Part shown: positions 29,661 through 38,616 of the stretch, piece by piece
Layout of the letters: every line of letters starts with the position of its first letter
Numbering within the stretch: the stretch's first letter is position 1
Origin: a virus
Lineage: Duplodnaviria > Heunggongvirae > Uroviricota > Caudoviricetes
Reading direction: 5' to 3' (one strand)
Virus record (IMG/VR): IMGVR_UViG_3300042881_003883
Span: 83,930-147,929 of that record
Length of the DNA stretch: 64,000 bases
The notes under the pieces: generated by a model
Database searches by the model: none
The model's input: the letters and a program-made list of their open reading frames with translations, nothing else
Told to the model about the DNA's origin: nothing
Translations under genes and position numbers: made by a program

Positions 29661-29841
29661 ATTTAAGTATTAGTTTATTATGAAGCAGAATAATTCACTT
29701 TCTTCAAACCATTGGGATAATGAGTTTGATGGAATGAAAAAGAAACTCGCAAATAAGAAAAAAACTGAATATAAAAGAAAAGAGAAGTATCGTAAGGATA
29801 GATTCTCAGATGATTACTAATCATTAGGTTATACTTGTTTA

Positions 29842-30591
29842 ATGGAAGATGTTACAATTTTAATTCAGGGTAAAATTACCCAAGAAACCTATAATTTCTA
29901 TGTTGAGGCCTATCCTCAATATCCAATTGTAATTTCAACTTGGTCTAATCATCAATTAGACCTTTCTTATTTTCCTAATAATTTAACAATAGTTCAATCT
30001 CATTTACCTGAAAAATCAGGTGACCAGAATATGAACTATCAATTCATATCTACGTTAAATGGACTTAGTAATGTTAAAACTAAATATGTAATAAAATTTA
30101 GAGGAGATGAGTATTTTTCAAATATAAATACCATTAGTGAATCTATAAAAAGTAACCCATCAAAGATATGGTCAGCACCTATATTTTTTAGACACCCATT
30201 ACATTTCAAATATCATATATCAGACCACATCATTGGTGGTACAATCGAATCTCTTAAATTTATGTATAGTGCAGCTAAGTATGCATTTGATAATGAATTG
30301 ATATTTCATGTAAAGGATGGGGTTAAACATAAATATTGGGAACCTGAAATCCATCTAACTCGTTCATTTTTAATGGCTAAGTATAAAACTGATTTGGTAA
30401 ATGAAACCCCAGCAGAAATAATGTTTGAAAATTTTGATATATTAAAATTGGATAAATTAAAACCATATAAAGTAATTGCAAATATATTTAAAACGCATTG
30501 GTATAGTGATTTTTCACCACATAATAATGAAAGTATAGAAAATATAAATGAATTATTTGATGAAATATTGCCTTATAACAAATGGAAATGA
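29842..30591 (+). CDS. hypothetical protein (satellite glycan-modification cluster)
   Basis: ORF. Confidence 0.5.
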   Translation: MEDVTILIQGKITQETYNFYVEAYPQYPIVISTWSNHQLDLSYFPNNLTIVQSHLPEKSGDQNMNYQFISTLNGLSNVKTKYVIKFRGDEYFSNINTISESIKSNPSKIWSAPIFFRHPLHFKYHISDHIIGGTIESLKFMYSAAKYAFDNELIFHVKDGVKHKYWEPEIHLTRSFLMAKYKTDLVNETPAEIMFENFDILKLDKLKPYKVIANIFKTHWYSDFSPHNNESIENINELFDEILPYNKWK

Positions 30592-31052
30592 TACTAATAT
30601 CACATAGGGGAAATTTAGAAGGTAAATTAACGGATGTTGAAAATAGACCTGATTATATAGATGAAGCACTTAATGCTGGATATGATGTTGAAATTGATGT
30701 GTGGATGATAGAAGGTGTTCTTTTATTAGGACATGATGAACCACAATATGGAATCTCACAACACTGGTTAAACGAAAGACATTCTAAGTTGTGGATACAT
30801 TGTAAAAATGTAGAAGCAATAGAGTGGTTTAATATGATTGGTGGATTCAATTACTTTTGGCATGAAGAAGATACAATGACATTAACATCACATGGTTATA
30901 TGTGGGTGTATCCAGGAAAACAACCTGTTAAAAATAGTATTGCAGTAATGCCTGAAATTCATAATGATGATATTTCAGAATGTAAAGGAGTTTGTTCGGA
31001 TTATATAAAAAATTACAAAGATGAAAAAAGTAGTAGCGGGGATTTGTATTAA
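30582..31052 (+). CDS. glycerophosphodiester phosphodiesterase (GDPD)-like
   Basis: ISHRGN...DVEIDVWMIEGVLLLGHDEP matches GDPD HRG...E.DV..T.DG..V..HD. Confidence 0.65.
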   Translation: MEMILISHRGNLEGKLTDVENRPDYIDEALNAGYDVEIDVWMIEGVLLLGHDEPQYGISQHWLNERHSKLWIHCKNVEAIEWFNMIGGFNYFWHEEDTMTLTSHGYMWVYPGKQPVKNSIAVMPEIHNDDISECKGVCSDYIKNYKDEKSSSGDLY

Positions 31053-31407
31053 GTATATTGATAACACACCATATGTGTTATTAGGATTGAAACCTGATGG
31101 GCATTGGGAATTTCCTGGTGGAAAGGTGGAAGTTGGTGAAATTGATAAACAAGCTCTTGAAAGGGAGTGGATAGAGGAATTAGATGCAATTGTTAAAGTT
31201 GGTGAATTTTATACCAGCGTACAAGAACATCCATATGATGTTTGGTTCTATAATGTAGAACTTACCAAAGATGATAATGATGGTAGTGGAGCAAAAGCAA
31301 AAGAACATATTGATGTAACTTGGTTTGATATTTCTAATTTGGATTCAATTCCAATGGCATCTACAAACTATATAGTTGCTAACTTATTAATGCAAGATTA
31401 TTTATAA
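31021..31407 (+). CDS. NUDIX hydrolase
   Basis: Nudix box GGKVEVGEIDKQALEREWIEELD (Gx5Ex7REUxEExGU). Confidence 0.7.
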   Translation: MKKVVAGICIKYIDNTPYVLLGLKPDGHWEFPGGKVEVGEIDKQALEREWIEELDAIVKVGEFYTSVQEHPYDVWFYNVELTKDDNDGSGAKAKEHIDVTWFDISNLDSIPMASTNYIVANLLMQDYL

Positions 31408-31727
31408 TGAAAGTAGATAAATTAAATGATTTTTTTAAAGGATGGGTAGTTGGAAACTTCAACCCATCTCTTTTCAAAACGAACGATTTTGAGGTAGCTG
31501 TTAAGGAATATAAAACAGGGGATTATGAAGTAGCCCATTATCACAAAGTTGCAACTGAAATAACAATTATAACACAAGGATTGGTTCGTATGAATGGTAC
31601 TGTTTATACAAAGGGTGATGTAATTACAATCGAACCCGGTGAATCTACTGATTTTAAAGTTTTAGATAATACAACAACAACAGTTATTAAATTCCCTTGT
31701 GTAGAGGGTGATAAATATTTACTATGA
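31407..31727 (+). CDS. cupin-domain protein
   Basis: Small beta-barrel-like protein with HYH metal motif region (VAHYHKVATEITII). Confidence 0.5.
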   Translation: MKVDKLNDFFKGWVVGNFNPSLFKTNDFEVAVKEYKTGDYEVAHYHKVATEITIITQGLVRMNGTVYTKGDVITIEPGESTDFKVLDNTTTTVIKFPCVEGDKYLL

Positions 31728-33217
31728 TAAATTACGTTTACATAAAAATACCAGCATCCGATTTTGGGTTATTTGAAAATTTATTTCATGGCAAAAGAGC
31801 CAATGAATACAAAATACATTCAGCAGGACATAGTTGGAACTATCCTACTAAAATAAAAGGTTGGCAAGATTGGGATTACCCACAACAAACACCTAATATA
31901 TTTAGAGATGTAGCTACATTTAAGTTAAGTCCAAATGATGTATTTATTACAACTATTAGAAATCCATTTAATATTTTGGTAGATTATTATAAAGAAAACT
32001 GGGCTAATCTAAAGACTCATTATAATCTAGCTGATATAAATTCAGTTGATGATTTCCAAAAATTTGTGGATATCTATCTAAATAAATCTATTGTATTTCA
32101 TGCACCCGCATTTCGTAACTCAATGTTTTCACAATTAAAGGATATCAATGGTAATTGGTTATTTGATGATAATAGTATTATAATAAGGAGTGAATATATT
32201 AATGAGGATTTAGCTAAATTCTCAGAAACAATAAATTTACCAATATCGCTTGAATTCACACAACCAAAGGTTGATAACGTTATAACATATAGAGATGACC
32301 AAATTGAGAGATTAACAAAATTATGGAAATCTGACTTGGATTATTTCGGATATTCATTTAATAAATCAGAAATGAACACAAAAAAACAAACTAACAGTTT
32401 ACATAAGCCAAAGATAGCATTGTGTTTCTCTGGTGAAATAAGAGATTTAGATAGAACTAAGGAGTATTGGGGTGAATTGATTAAGAAGTATGACATTGAT
32501 GTATATGGTTCATTCTGGGACACTTATAATACTGAATGTGGTGATACTATTGAAAACTTTCATAGGATATACAATGTTAAGAAGGTGGAGGTTGAAAATT
32601 ATAATTCATTTAATGAATCTACCTTATCTATTCTAAGAATTGGTATTGAACCACCAACTTCATTATTGTATTTTTTAAGAGATTCCTGTGTGAACTTTGG
32701 TACAATGAGTATGTGGTACAAAATTTGGAGAGCAAATTTATTAACAAAGGATTTGGGTATTGATTATGATATTGTAATAAGAGCTAGAACTGATACTTAT
32801 TTTGATGATAATTTAGATATATCCATTAATGATATGTTAAATTTACCACATGGTAGGGTTAGGTTAAATAATCACGATAAATCGGAGGGTATATCGGACC
32901 TATTTGCATATGGTTCACCAAAGATGATGGATTATTATTCAACGTGCTATTTTTTCATAATGAATTATTTAACTGAAGGGTATTATTTGGTTCCACATGA
33001 GCATATGTTGCATATTCATATGAACAAAATAAACGTTCCAATTAGATTTATGGTTAATAACATAACAATCACAAGAACATCCAGAGGAACTGAGGATGAA
33101 GTATATTGTAATGGTGTTGATATAAATGAAGAGATTTTACAATCGGATTTTATGGAACTGGAACCACAAAAAGATTTATTCTACAAAGCAAATATTAAAG
33201 AAAAATTCAAAATATGA
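31724..33217 (+). CDS. two-domain protein: sulfotransferase-like N-terminal region plus C-terminal domain paralogous to the 12630..13355 product
   Basis: ITTIRNPFNILVDYY resembles the sulfotransferase 3'-PB motif RNPxD..Y; C-terminal KIALCFSG...DIDVYGSFWD...DIVIRARTD paralogy. Confidence 0.5.
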   Translation: MINYVYIKIPASDFGLFENLFHGKRANEYKIHSAGHSWNYPTKIKGWQDWDYPQQTPNIFRDVATFKLSPNDVFITTIRNPFNILVDYYKENWANLKTHYNLADINSVDDFQKFVDIYLNKSIVFHAPAFRNSMFSQLKDINGNWLFDDNSIIIRSEYINEDLAKFSETINLPISLEFTQPKVDNVITYRDDQIERLTKLWKSDLDYFGYSFNKSEMNTKKQTNSLHKPKIALCFSGEIRDLDRTKEYWGELIKKYDIDVYGSFWDTYNTECGDTIENFHRIYNVKKVEVENYNSFNESTLSILRIGIEPPTSLLYFLRDSCVNFGTMSMWYKIWRANLLTKDLGIDYDIVIRARTDTYFDDNLDISINDMLNLPHGRVRLNNHDKSEGISDLFAYGSPKMMDYYSTCYFFIMNYLTEGYYLVPHEHMLHIHMNKINVPIRFMVNNITITRTSRGTEDEVYCNGVDINEEILQSDFMELEPQKDLFYKANIKEKFKI

Positions 33218-33900
33218 AAAAGTTTATTTTTATAACCATTTCCGTAGTATTACTACCAATATTTGGATATTCTCAAACCAAATTGGACTCACTTGATTTT
33301 GATAAGTACATACATTCAATTACAGGTAGGTTTTCAACTAAATACCATTCAACCATTGATACCACCAGAGGTGATGTATTAGTAAGGACTGTAGAGTATG
33401 ATACACATGATGAAGCGACTCTAATCTATACTCAGCAAGGTGAACTAATTGAGGGTAAGTACTATCCATATAGACAACGTATATACGCAATATACCAAAT
33501 TGATGATTATTACATTGGTTTAAACATATTCTCAATACCAAATGAAGTTGATTTTTGGAATGTACTAACTGATACCAAAGTTGCGTCTGGTAAGTTTAAT
33601 TTAGATGATATAACATTTAAAGTTGATACCAACAAACTAAAGGCACTTGCCATCTATGACCTACCATATAAAGTGGGGTGTGATATAAAGATATACAAAG
33701 ATAACTTAGGGGCATTTAGAGGTAGTACCAATGAATCGGATTGTAAAGGCTCATTTAAGGGAGCAACCTACACTACAACTGAGTTTGTAATATACCAACA
33801 CGAAGTTATTAGTTGGGAGAGGGGTTGGGATGATTCTGGAACTCAAATATGGGGGCCAAAAACAGGTCCATATATCTACTCAAAAGTTGCAAATCACTAA
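33214..33900 (+). CDS. secreted protein (signal peptide)
   Basis: N-terminus MKKFIFITISVVLLPIFGYSQ, a typical Bacteroidetes signal peptide. Confidence 0.55.
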   Translation: MKKFIFITISVVLLPIFGYSQTKLDSLDFDKYIHSITGRFSTKYHSTIDTTRGDVLVRTVEYDTHDEATLIYTQQGELIEGKYYPYRQRIYAIYQIDDYYIGLNIFSIPNEVDFWNVLTDTKVASGKFNLDDITFKVDTNKLKALAIYDLPYKVGCDIKIYKDNLGAFRGSTNESDCKGSFKGATYTTTEFVIYQHEVISWERGWDDSGTQIWGPKTGPYIYSKVANH

Positions 33901-33947
33901 TTTTTCAAATATCTTATATTTAAACCCATATAAATAAAAACATTATT

Positions 33948-34106
33948 ATGGATATAAGTGAAAGAATTCAAGATATTATTGATGGTTTAGAGGAGGCAAT
34001 ATCATATGAAGAGTGGAAACAGGTAGAGGATGCTAGAAAAGAGTTATTATTTCTATTAGCAGACTTAGATTCAGATTTTCCATCTACATTTGAGGAAGAT
34101 TTTTAA
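33948..34106 (+). CDS. small acidic hypothetical protein (52 aa)
   Basis: ATG-initiated ORF in the 530 bp gap; not in supplied track. Confidence 0.3.
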   Translation: MDISERIQDIIDGLEEAISYEEWKQVEDARKELLFLLADLDSDFPSTFEEDF

Positions 34107-34127
34107 GAAAATCGTAAGATTTTTAAG

Positions 34128-34204
34128 AAAACCCTTGTTTATATCAAATATTATTCGTATATTAGACAGGTAATTGAGAGAGTAATTAATCAAACCCCTA
34201 ATAT
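34128..34204 (+). promoter_or_regulatory. repeated promoter-leader cassette, copy B
   Basis: cTTGTTTATATCAaatATTATTCGTATATTAGACAGGTAATTGAGAGAGTAATTAATCAAACCCCTAAtat then ATG. Confidence 0.6.
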
Positions 34205-34345
34205 ATGAAACCAAAAAACACCCTTCCAACCCACAGACGATTGTTAATCGAGTCGATGGAACTACTTTTTAGTGGTAAAAAAACCAAAGCTAAAAAGACA
34301 CTAAAACAAGCCAAATTAGAGATTGATAAATTTTATCAAAAATAA
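34205..34345 (+). CDS. small basic hypothetical protein (46 aa)
   Basis: ORF immediately after cassette copy B; not in supplied track. Confidence 0.35.
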   Translation: MKPKNTLPTHRRLLIESMELLFSGKKTKAKKTLKQAKLEIDKFYQK

Positions 34346-34351
34346 CTTCAA

Positions 34352-34429
34352 TTTTATTTGGATATCTCAGGTATTTGTCGTATATTTGAGTATAAGATTA
34401 AGAGATAAATTAATTAAAACCCTAAAAAT
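34352..34429 (+). promoter_or_regulatory. repeated promoter-leader cassette, copy A
   Basis: ...TTCGTATATTTGAGTATAAGATTAAGAGATAAATTAATTAAAACCCTAAAAAT then ATG 34430. Confidence 0.6.
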
Positions 34430-36547
34430 ATGAGTAAATTTAAAAAGTACGGAAATTCTTCTTATTGGTTAAAGGACTGGGAAGATGATGACATCATTGT
34501 TAATCAAATGAATGATGTGGAACGTAAATCACATGACCTTTACAAATTAGCCGCTTCTAAACGAGCTATCTCCAACTTCGTTAATATCGTTACCAACGAT
34601 TCAATTCCTGTTAAATTTAGTACACGTGGTGATTCCTATACCGATGGTAAGACTGTGGTAATTGGTTCACAAATCGTAGACCCTAAGGATTTTGATGTGG
34701 CTGTTGGATTAGCATTGCACGAAGGTTCTCACATTAAACTTTCAGATTTTAAAACATTAGGTGATATTTACAATTTGGTTCCATCTCATATTAAAGATGG
34801 GGCAATCAAAAAAGGTATTACTAATCCAATTTCAACTATCAAAGATATTTGGAATGTGGTTGAGGACCGTAGAATTGATTACTACGTTTTTACCTCCGCT
34901 CCGGGTTATAGAGATTACTATCGTTCAATGTACGATAAATACTTTAATGACCCATTAATTGATAAGGGATTAACTTCAGATGAATATACTGAATCAACAA
35001 TTGATTCTTATATGTTCCGAATCATTAACATTCACAACAAAAATACAAACCTTAACGCTTTACCGGGTTTCACCGAAATCTATAAAACAATTGGTTTAGG
35101 TACTATTAACCGATTGAAATCTACCTTAGATACATTTAATGTGGCTATGGAAGTTTTTCAAATTATTCTAAATAACTTACCATCATTATCTGATGGTGAA
35201 GGTGAGGGTACTGGTGGACAGGGTGATTCTGAAGAAAATCAAAATCAAAATGGAAATGGTAATGGTAGTTCAAATGAATCACGTGAAATGAGTGATTCTG
35301 AATTTGATGATTTAATGGATTCATTGGATGGTTCATCTCCAATGACGGGTGATATGGATAGTAAACCAACTGGTGGTTCTTCTATGGAAATTGAAATGCC
35401 TGAAGGTGTTGAGCGTGGTGAAGCAACTGAATCAACTGAAGGTGGTAAGGAATCAAATAAATTAACTCTTAGTGATAACCAAAAAAACCTCCTTAAAAAG
35501 AAAATTCAAAAGCAGAAAGAGTTTATGAGAGGTGAAATTCGTAAAAAATCTATCACTCGAACTGAAGCAAATAATGTTAACGCAATTGAGGAAAGTGGTT
35601 CAGAAATTACTTCAGTTGGTGCTGGTGTTAATGATGGTTGGGGTAACTCTCGAAAGGGTACAACTTGTATAGTAGTTAAGAAACTTACCAAATCATTATT
35701 TGAAAATCAAATGTTCCCAATGACTGATAACAATTGGTACAAACCTGAAGAGACTGGATTGATTAAAATGCATTATGAGACTGAAGTTCAAAATGGAATT
35801 CGAATTGGAACTATATTAGGAAAGAAACTTCAGGTTAGAGGTGAGGACCGTTCTACGGTGTTCAATCGCCAAAAGAATGGTAGTATTGATAAACGAATGA
35901 TTTCATCATTAGGATTTGGTAATGAAAATGTGTTCCAATATATGGAAACCGATTCTTACAAAAAAGCTAACCTACATATCTCAATTGATGCTAGTGGTTC
36001 AATGGGTGGTTCTAAATGGGTTAATACCTTAACCAATGTGGTTGCACTTTGTAAAGCAGTTGATATGATTCAAAACCTATCAATTCAGGTTTCATTCAGA
36101 ACTACACATGGTAATTCACCATATGTGGTTATGGCTTACGATTCTCGTATTGATAAGTTCTCAAAGGTAAAACAAATGTTTCCGGCACTTAGAGCTGGTG
36201 GTACTACTCCTGAGGGATTATGTTTTGAGGCAATTATGAAGAATTTCTTAGGTTCTAATAACGATATGGATTCTTACTTCCTAAACATCTCAGATGGTGA
36301 ACCTTACTTTGAAGGTGGTTCTTTCCGATATAGTGGTGAACCGGCATTCGAACACACTCGTAAAATGGTTAAACAAATCGAAGGAATGGGAATTAAAACT
36401 CTTTCTTACTTTGTAGATGAGTGGTCAAATACAACCGAACCATCTCGAGGATTTAAGAAGATGTATGGTAAGGGAGCTAAGAAAATCGATGTAACAAATG
36501 TGGCTCAAATAACTAAAACAATAAATGAGTTGTTCTTAACAAAATAA
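34430..36547 (+). CDS. CobT-like von Willebrand factor A (VWA) domain protein
   Basis: C-terminal MIDAS DASGSMGG; acidic low-complexity linker GEGEGTGGQGDSEENQNQNGNGNGSS; paired with the CobS-like AAA downstream. Confidence 0.75.
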   Translation: MSKFKKYGNSSYWLKDWEDDDIIVNQMNDVERKSHDLYKLAASKRAISNFVNIVTNDSIPVKFSTRGDSYTDGKTVVIGSQIVDPKDFDVAVGLALHEGSHIKLSDFKTLGDIYNLVPSHIKDGAIKKGITNPISTIKDIWNVVEDRRIDYYVFTSAPGYRDYYRSMYDKYFNDPLIDKGLTSDEYTESTIDSYMFRIINIHNKNTNLNALPGFTEIYKTIGLGTINRLKSTLDTFNVAMEVFQIILNNLPSLSDGEGEGTGGQGDSEENQNQNGNGNGSSNESREMSDSEFDDLMDSLDGSSPMTGDMDSKPTGGSSMEIEMPEGVERGEATESTEGGKESNKLTLSDNQKNLLKKKIQKQKEFMRGEIRKKSITRTEANNVNAIEESGSEITSVGAGVNDGWGNSRKGTTCIVVKKLTKSLFENQMFPMTDNNWYKPEETGLIKMHYETEVQNGIRIGTILGKKLQVRGEDRSTVFNRQKNGSIDKRMISSLGFGNENVFQYMETDSYKKANLHISIDASGSMGGSKWVNTLTNVVALCKAVDMIQNLSIQVSFRTTHGNSPYVVMAYDSRIDKFSKVKQMFPALRAGGTTPEGLCFEAIMKNFLGSNNDMDSYFLNISDGEPYFEGGSFRYSGEPAFEHTRKMVKQIEGMGIKTLSYFVDEWSNTTEPSRGFKKMYGKGAKKIDVTNVAQITKTINELFLTK

Positions 36548-36574
36548 TTCAAATTGTTAATAACTTTATTGAAA

Positions 36575-36669
36575 ATAATTAGAAAAAGGCTTGTTTATCT
36601 CAAGTCTTTTTTGTATATTTGAGTATAAGATTGATAGATAGATTAAATCACTTAAAAAACCCCTAAATT
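36575..36669 (+). promoter_or_regulatory. repeated promoter-leader cassette, copy C (with hairpin AGGCTTGTTTATCTCAAGTCT + T6)
   Basis: GAAAATAATTAGAAAAAGGCTTGTTTATCTCAAG...TATATTTGAGTATAAGATT...AAAAAACCCCTAAATT then ATG 36670. Confidence 0.6.
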
Positions 36670-36894
36670 ATGGCTAAAAGTAAAAAAACGATTGAAGTTA
36701 GTACTATGTTGGATTGGGCTAATGAACAACTAAAACGAACCGATGAGTTCGCTACAGTGGCATTTAAGGCTGGCATTGCCACCACCATTGAAAGAATCCT
36801 ATTCAATACCAATAATTACAAAGGATTTGGGTTTATAGACAACGCAGATTCGGATACTGGTACATTAGGTTATTATAGTCGATTTTATTATTAA
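36670..36894 (+). CDS. small hypothetical protein between CobT- and CobS-like genes
   Basis: 74 aa ORF with its own cassette copy. Confidence 0.45.
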   Translation: MAKSKKTIEVSTMLDWANEQLKRTDEFATVAFKAGIATTIERILFNTNNYKGFGFIDNADSDTGTLGYYSRFYY

Positions 36895-36904
36895 AAAAAG
36901 CAAA

Positions 36905-36999
36905 AATAATTGGCAAAAAGCTTGTTTATATCAGAAATTGTTCGTATATTAGACAGGTAATTGAGAGAGTAATTAATTAAAACCCTAAAATAAATAAAA
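36905..36999 (+). promoter_or_regulatory. repeated promoter-leader cassette, copy D
   Basis: AAAATAATTGGCAAAAAGCTTGTTTATATCAGAAATTGTTCGTATATTAGACAGGTAATTGAGAGAGTAATTAATTAAAACCCTAAAAT. Confidence 0.6.
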
Positions 37000-38208
37000 A
37001 TGAAAGATTTAAAAATTGGATTCGTAGGAAATGAGGTTTACAAAGTAGAAGCTTTTGGTAACTCATTTAAGTTAATTGACACTAAAGGTCAAAAAGTTGG
37101 TACAATGGGTATCGGAACCGGTACTCGTAAAGATGCATTTGAGCAGGGATTGGCTCTTCAGGCATTCGTTCAAAAGAATGGTAAGAAGGTTTTCCGAAAA
37201 GTGGGAATGGAAGTTTATAATAACTTAGTTTCCCCAATGAATACCGATAATGGTGGTGTTCAATTTGAAGATAAAGGTGACCATAACGCAATCAAAGATT
37301 TCATTCACAATAGTTCAATTGATTTGAAACCAATTGAATTGGTGATGACACCTCTAAAGTGGAAATACTTAGTTCGTTCAGCTGTTAGAGCTAAAAACAT
37401 TATGATGACTGGACCTGCTGGTTGTGGTAAAACAATGGCAGCTAAAGCATTGGTTAAAGCACTTGACCGACCTGATTTCTACTTCAACTTAGGAGCAACG
37501 CAAGACCCTCGTGCTACTTTGATTGGTAATACTCACTTTGATAAAAACAAAGGAACTTTCTTCGCTGAATCGGCATTCGTTAAAGCAATTAAAACTCCAA
37601 ACGCTGTGATTCTATTAGATGAGTTGAGTAGAGCTCACCCTGATGCTTGGAACATTTTGATGACCGTTTTAGATGGTGGACAACGTTACTTACGTTTGGA
37701 TGAGGCTGAAGGTTCACCAATTGTTAAAGTGGCTGAAGGTGTTACCTTTATCGCTACCGCTAACATAGGTTCTGAATATACTTCGACTAGGGTAATCGAT
37801 AGGGCTATCTTAGACCGTTTCGTAACTATCGAAATGGATGTTCTAAATGATGAGCAGGAATTTGGATTGTTAAAGTTTATGTTCCCTGAGGTTAATGATT
37901 ATGATTTGAAAGCAATCGCTGAAATCGCTCACCACACTCGAACTCAATCGATGAGTGATTCTGGTAAAGTTACCGCTATGGTATCGACGAGAGCTAGTGT
38001 TGAAATGGCTGGATTAATTTATGATGGATTCGATTTATTCGAATCAGCTGAAATTTCAATCTTCCCATTCTTCTCTAATGATGGTGGTGTAGATTCTGAA
38101 AGAACTTATGTGAAACAACTGGTTCAAAAATATGTTAAAGATACATCAGCAGAAGCTCTTTTTACCGAACAAAAAGAAGAGTTAGTAGATGAAATCCCAA
38201 TGTTCTAA
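37000..38208 (+). CDS. CobS-like / MoxR-type AAA+ ATPase
   Basis: Walker A GPAGCGKT; Walker B ILLDELSRAHPDAWNILMTVLDGG; ~400 aa. Confidence 0.8.
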   Translation: MKDLKIGFVGNEVYKVEAFGNSFKLIDTKGQKVGTMGIGTGTRKDAFEQGLALQAFVQKNGKKVFRKVGMEVYNNLVSPMNTDNGGVQFEDKGDHNAIKDFIHNSSIDLKPIELVMTPLKWKYLVRSAVRAKNIMMTGPAGCGKTMAAKALVKALDRPDFYFNLGATQDPRATLIGNTHFDKNKGTFFAESAFVKAIKTPNAVILLDELSRAHPDAWNILMTVLDGGQRYLRLDEAEGSPIVKVAEGVTFIATANIGSEYTSTRVIDRAILDRFVTIEMDVLNDEQEFGLLKFMFPEVNDYDLKAIAEIAHHTRTQSMSDSGKVTAMVSTRASVEMAGLIYDGFDLFESAEISIFPFFSNDGGVDSERTYVKQLVQKYVKDTSAEALFTEQKEELVDEIPMF

Positions 38209-38230
38209 GGTTAATCAATTATAAATGAGA

Positions 38231-38247
38231 TGGGGGGTAATACCCCC
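38231..38247 (+). other. GC-rich hairpin (GGGGGGT-AAT-ACCCCCC) after the CobS-like stop
   Basis: Perfect 7 bp G/C stem; no T-run follows, so function as a terminator is uncertain. Confidence 0.4.
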
Positions 38248-38280
38248 CTGAATCTCTAAATTCAAAAAAAAAGATTAACT

Positions 38281-38616
38281 ATGAAAATACTCCAAACAAT
38301 AGATTGGAAAATGCGAAAGTTCAATTTAAATATAAAATTACTTAATATATACATCAACGGACCTTATGAACAATGGGGTGTTGAAATTCTGAAAATAACA
38401 AAGGGATTGCATTCTTATTATTTATTTAAATTTTTATGTTTCTTACCAAATTACACAAACCGATTTAGATTTAGATGGGAGGGTGATTTGTTCTTTTTAA
38501 GGAATACTTTAGCAAAGCAATTGGATGAGTTGCAAGACCACAAAGTATGGTCACCTCGAACATTCAATAAATTCCACAAAATAAAATACAATGTATTAAA
38601 ATTCATATTACGATGA
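38281..38616 (+). CDS. doubtful ORF (Phe/Trp/Leu-rich; may be non-coding leader)
   Basis: ATG ORF in a 400 bp gap; atypical composition; contains direct repeat GATTTAGATTTAGAT. Confidence 0.25.
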   Translation: MKILQTIDWKMRKFNLNIKLLNIYINGPYEQWGVEILKITKGLHSYYLFKFLCFLPNYTNRFRFRWEGDLFFLRNTLAKQLDELQDHKVWSPRTFNKFHKIKYNVLKFILR

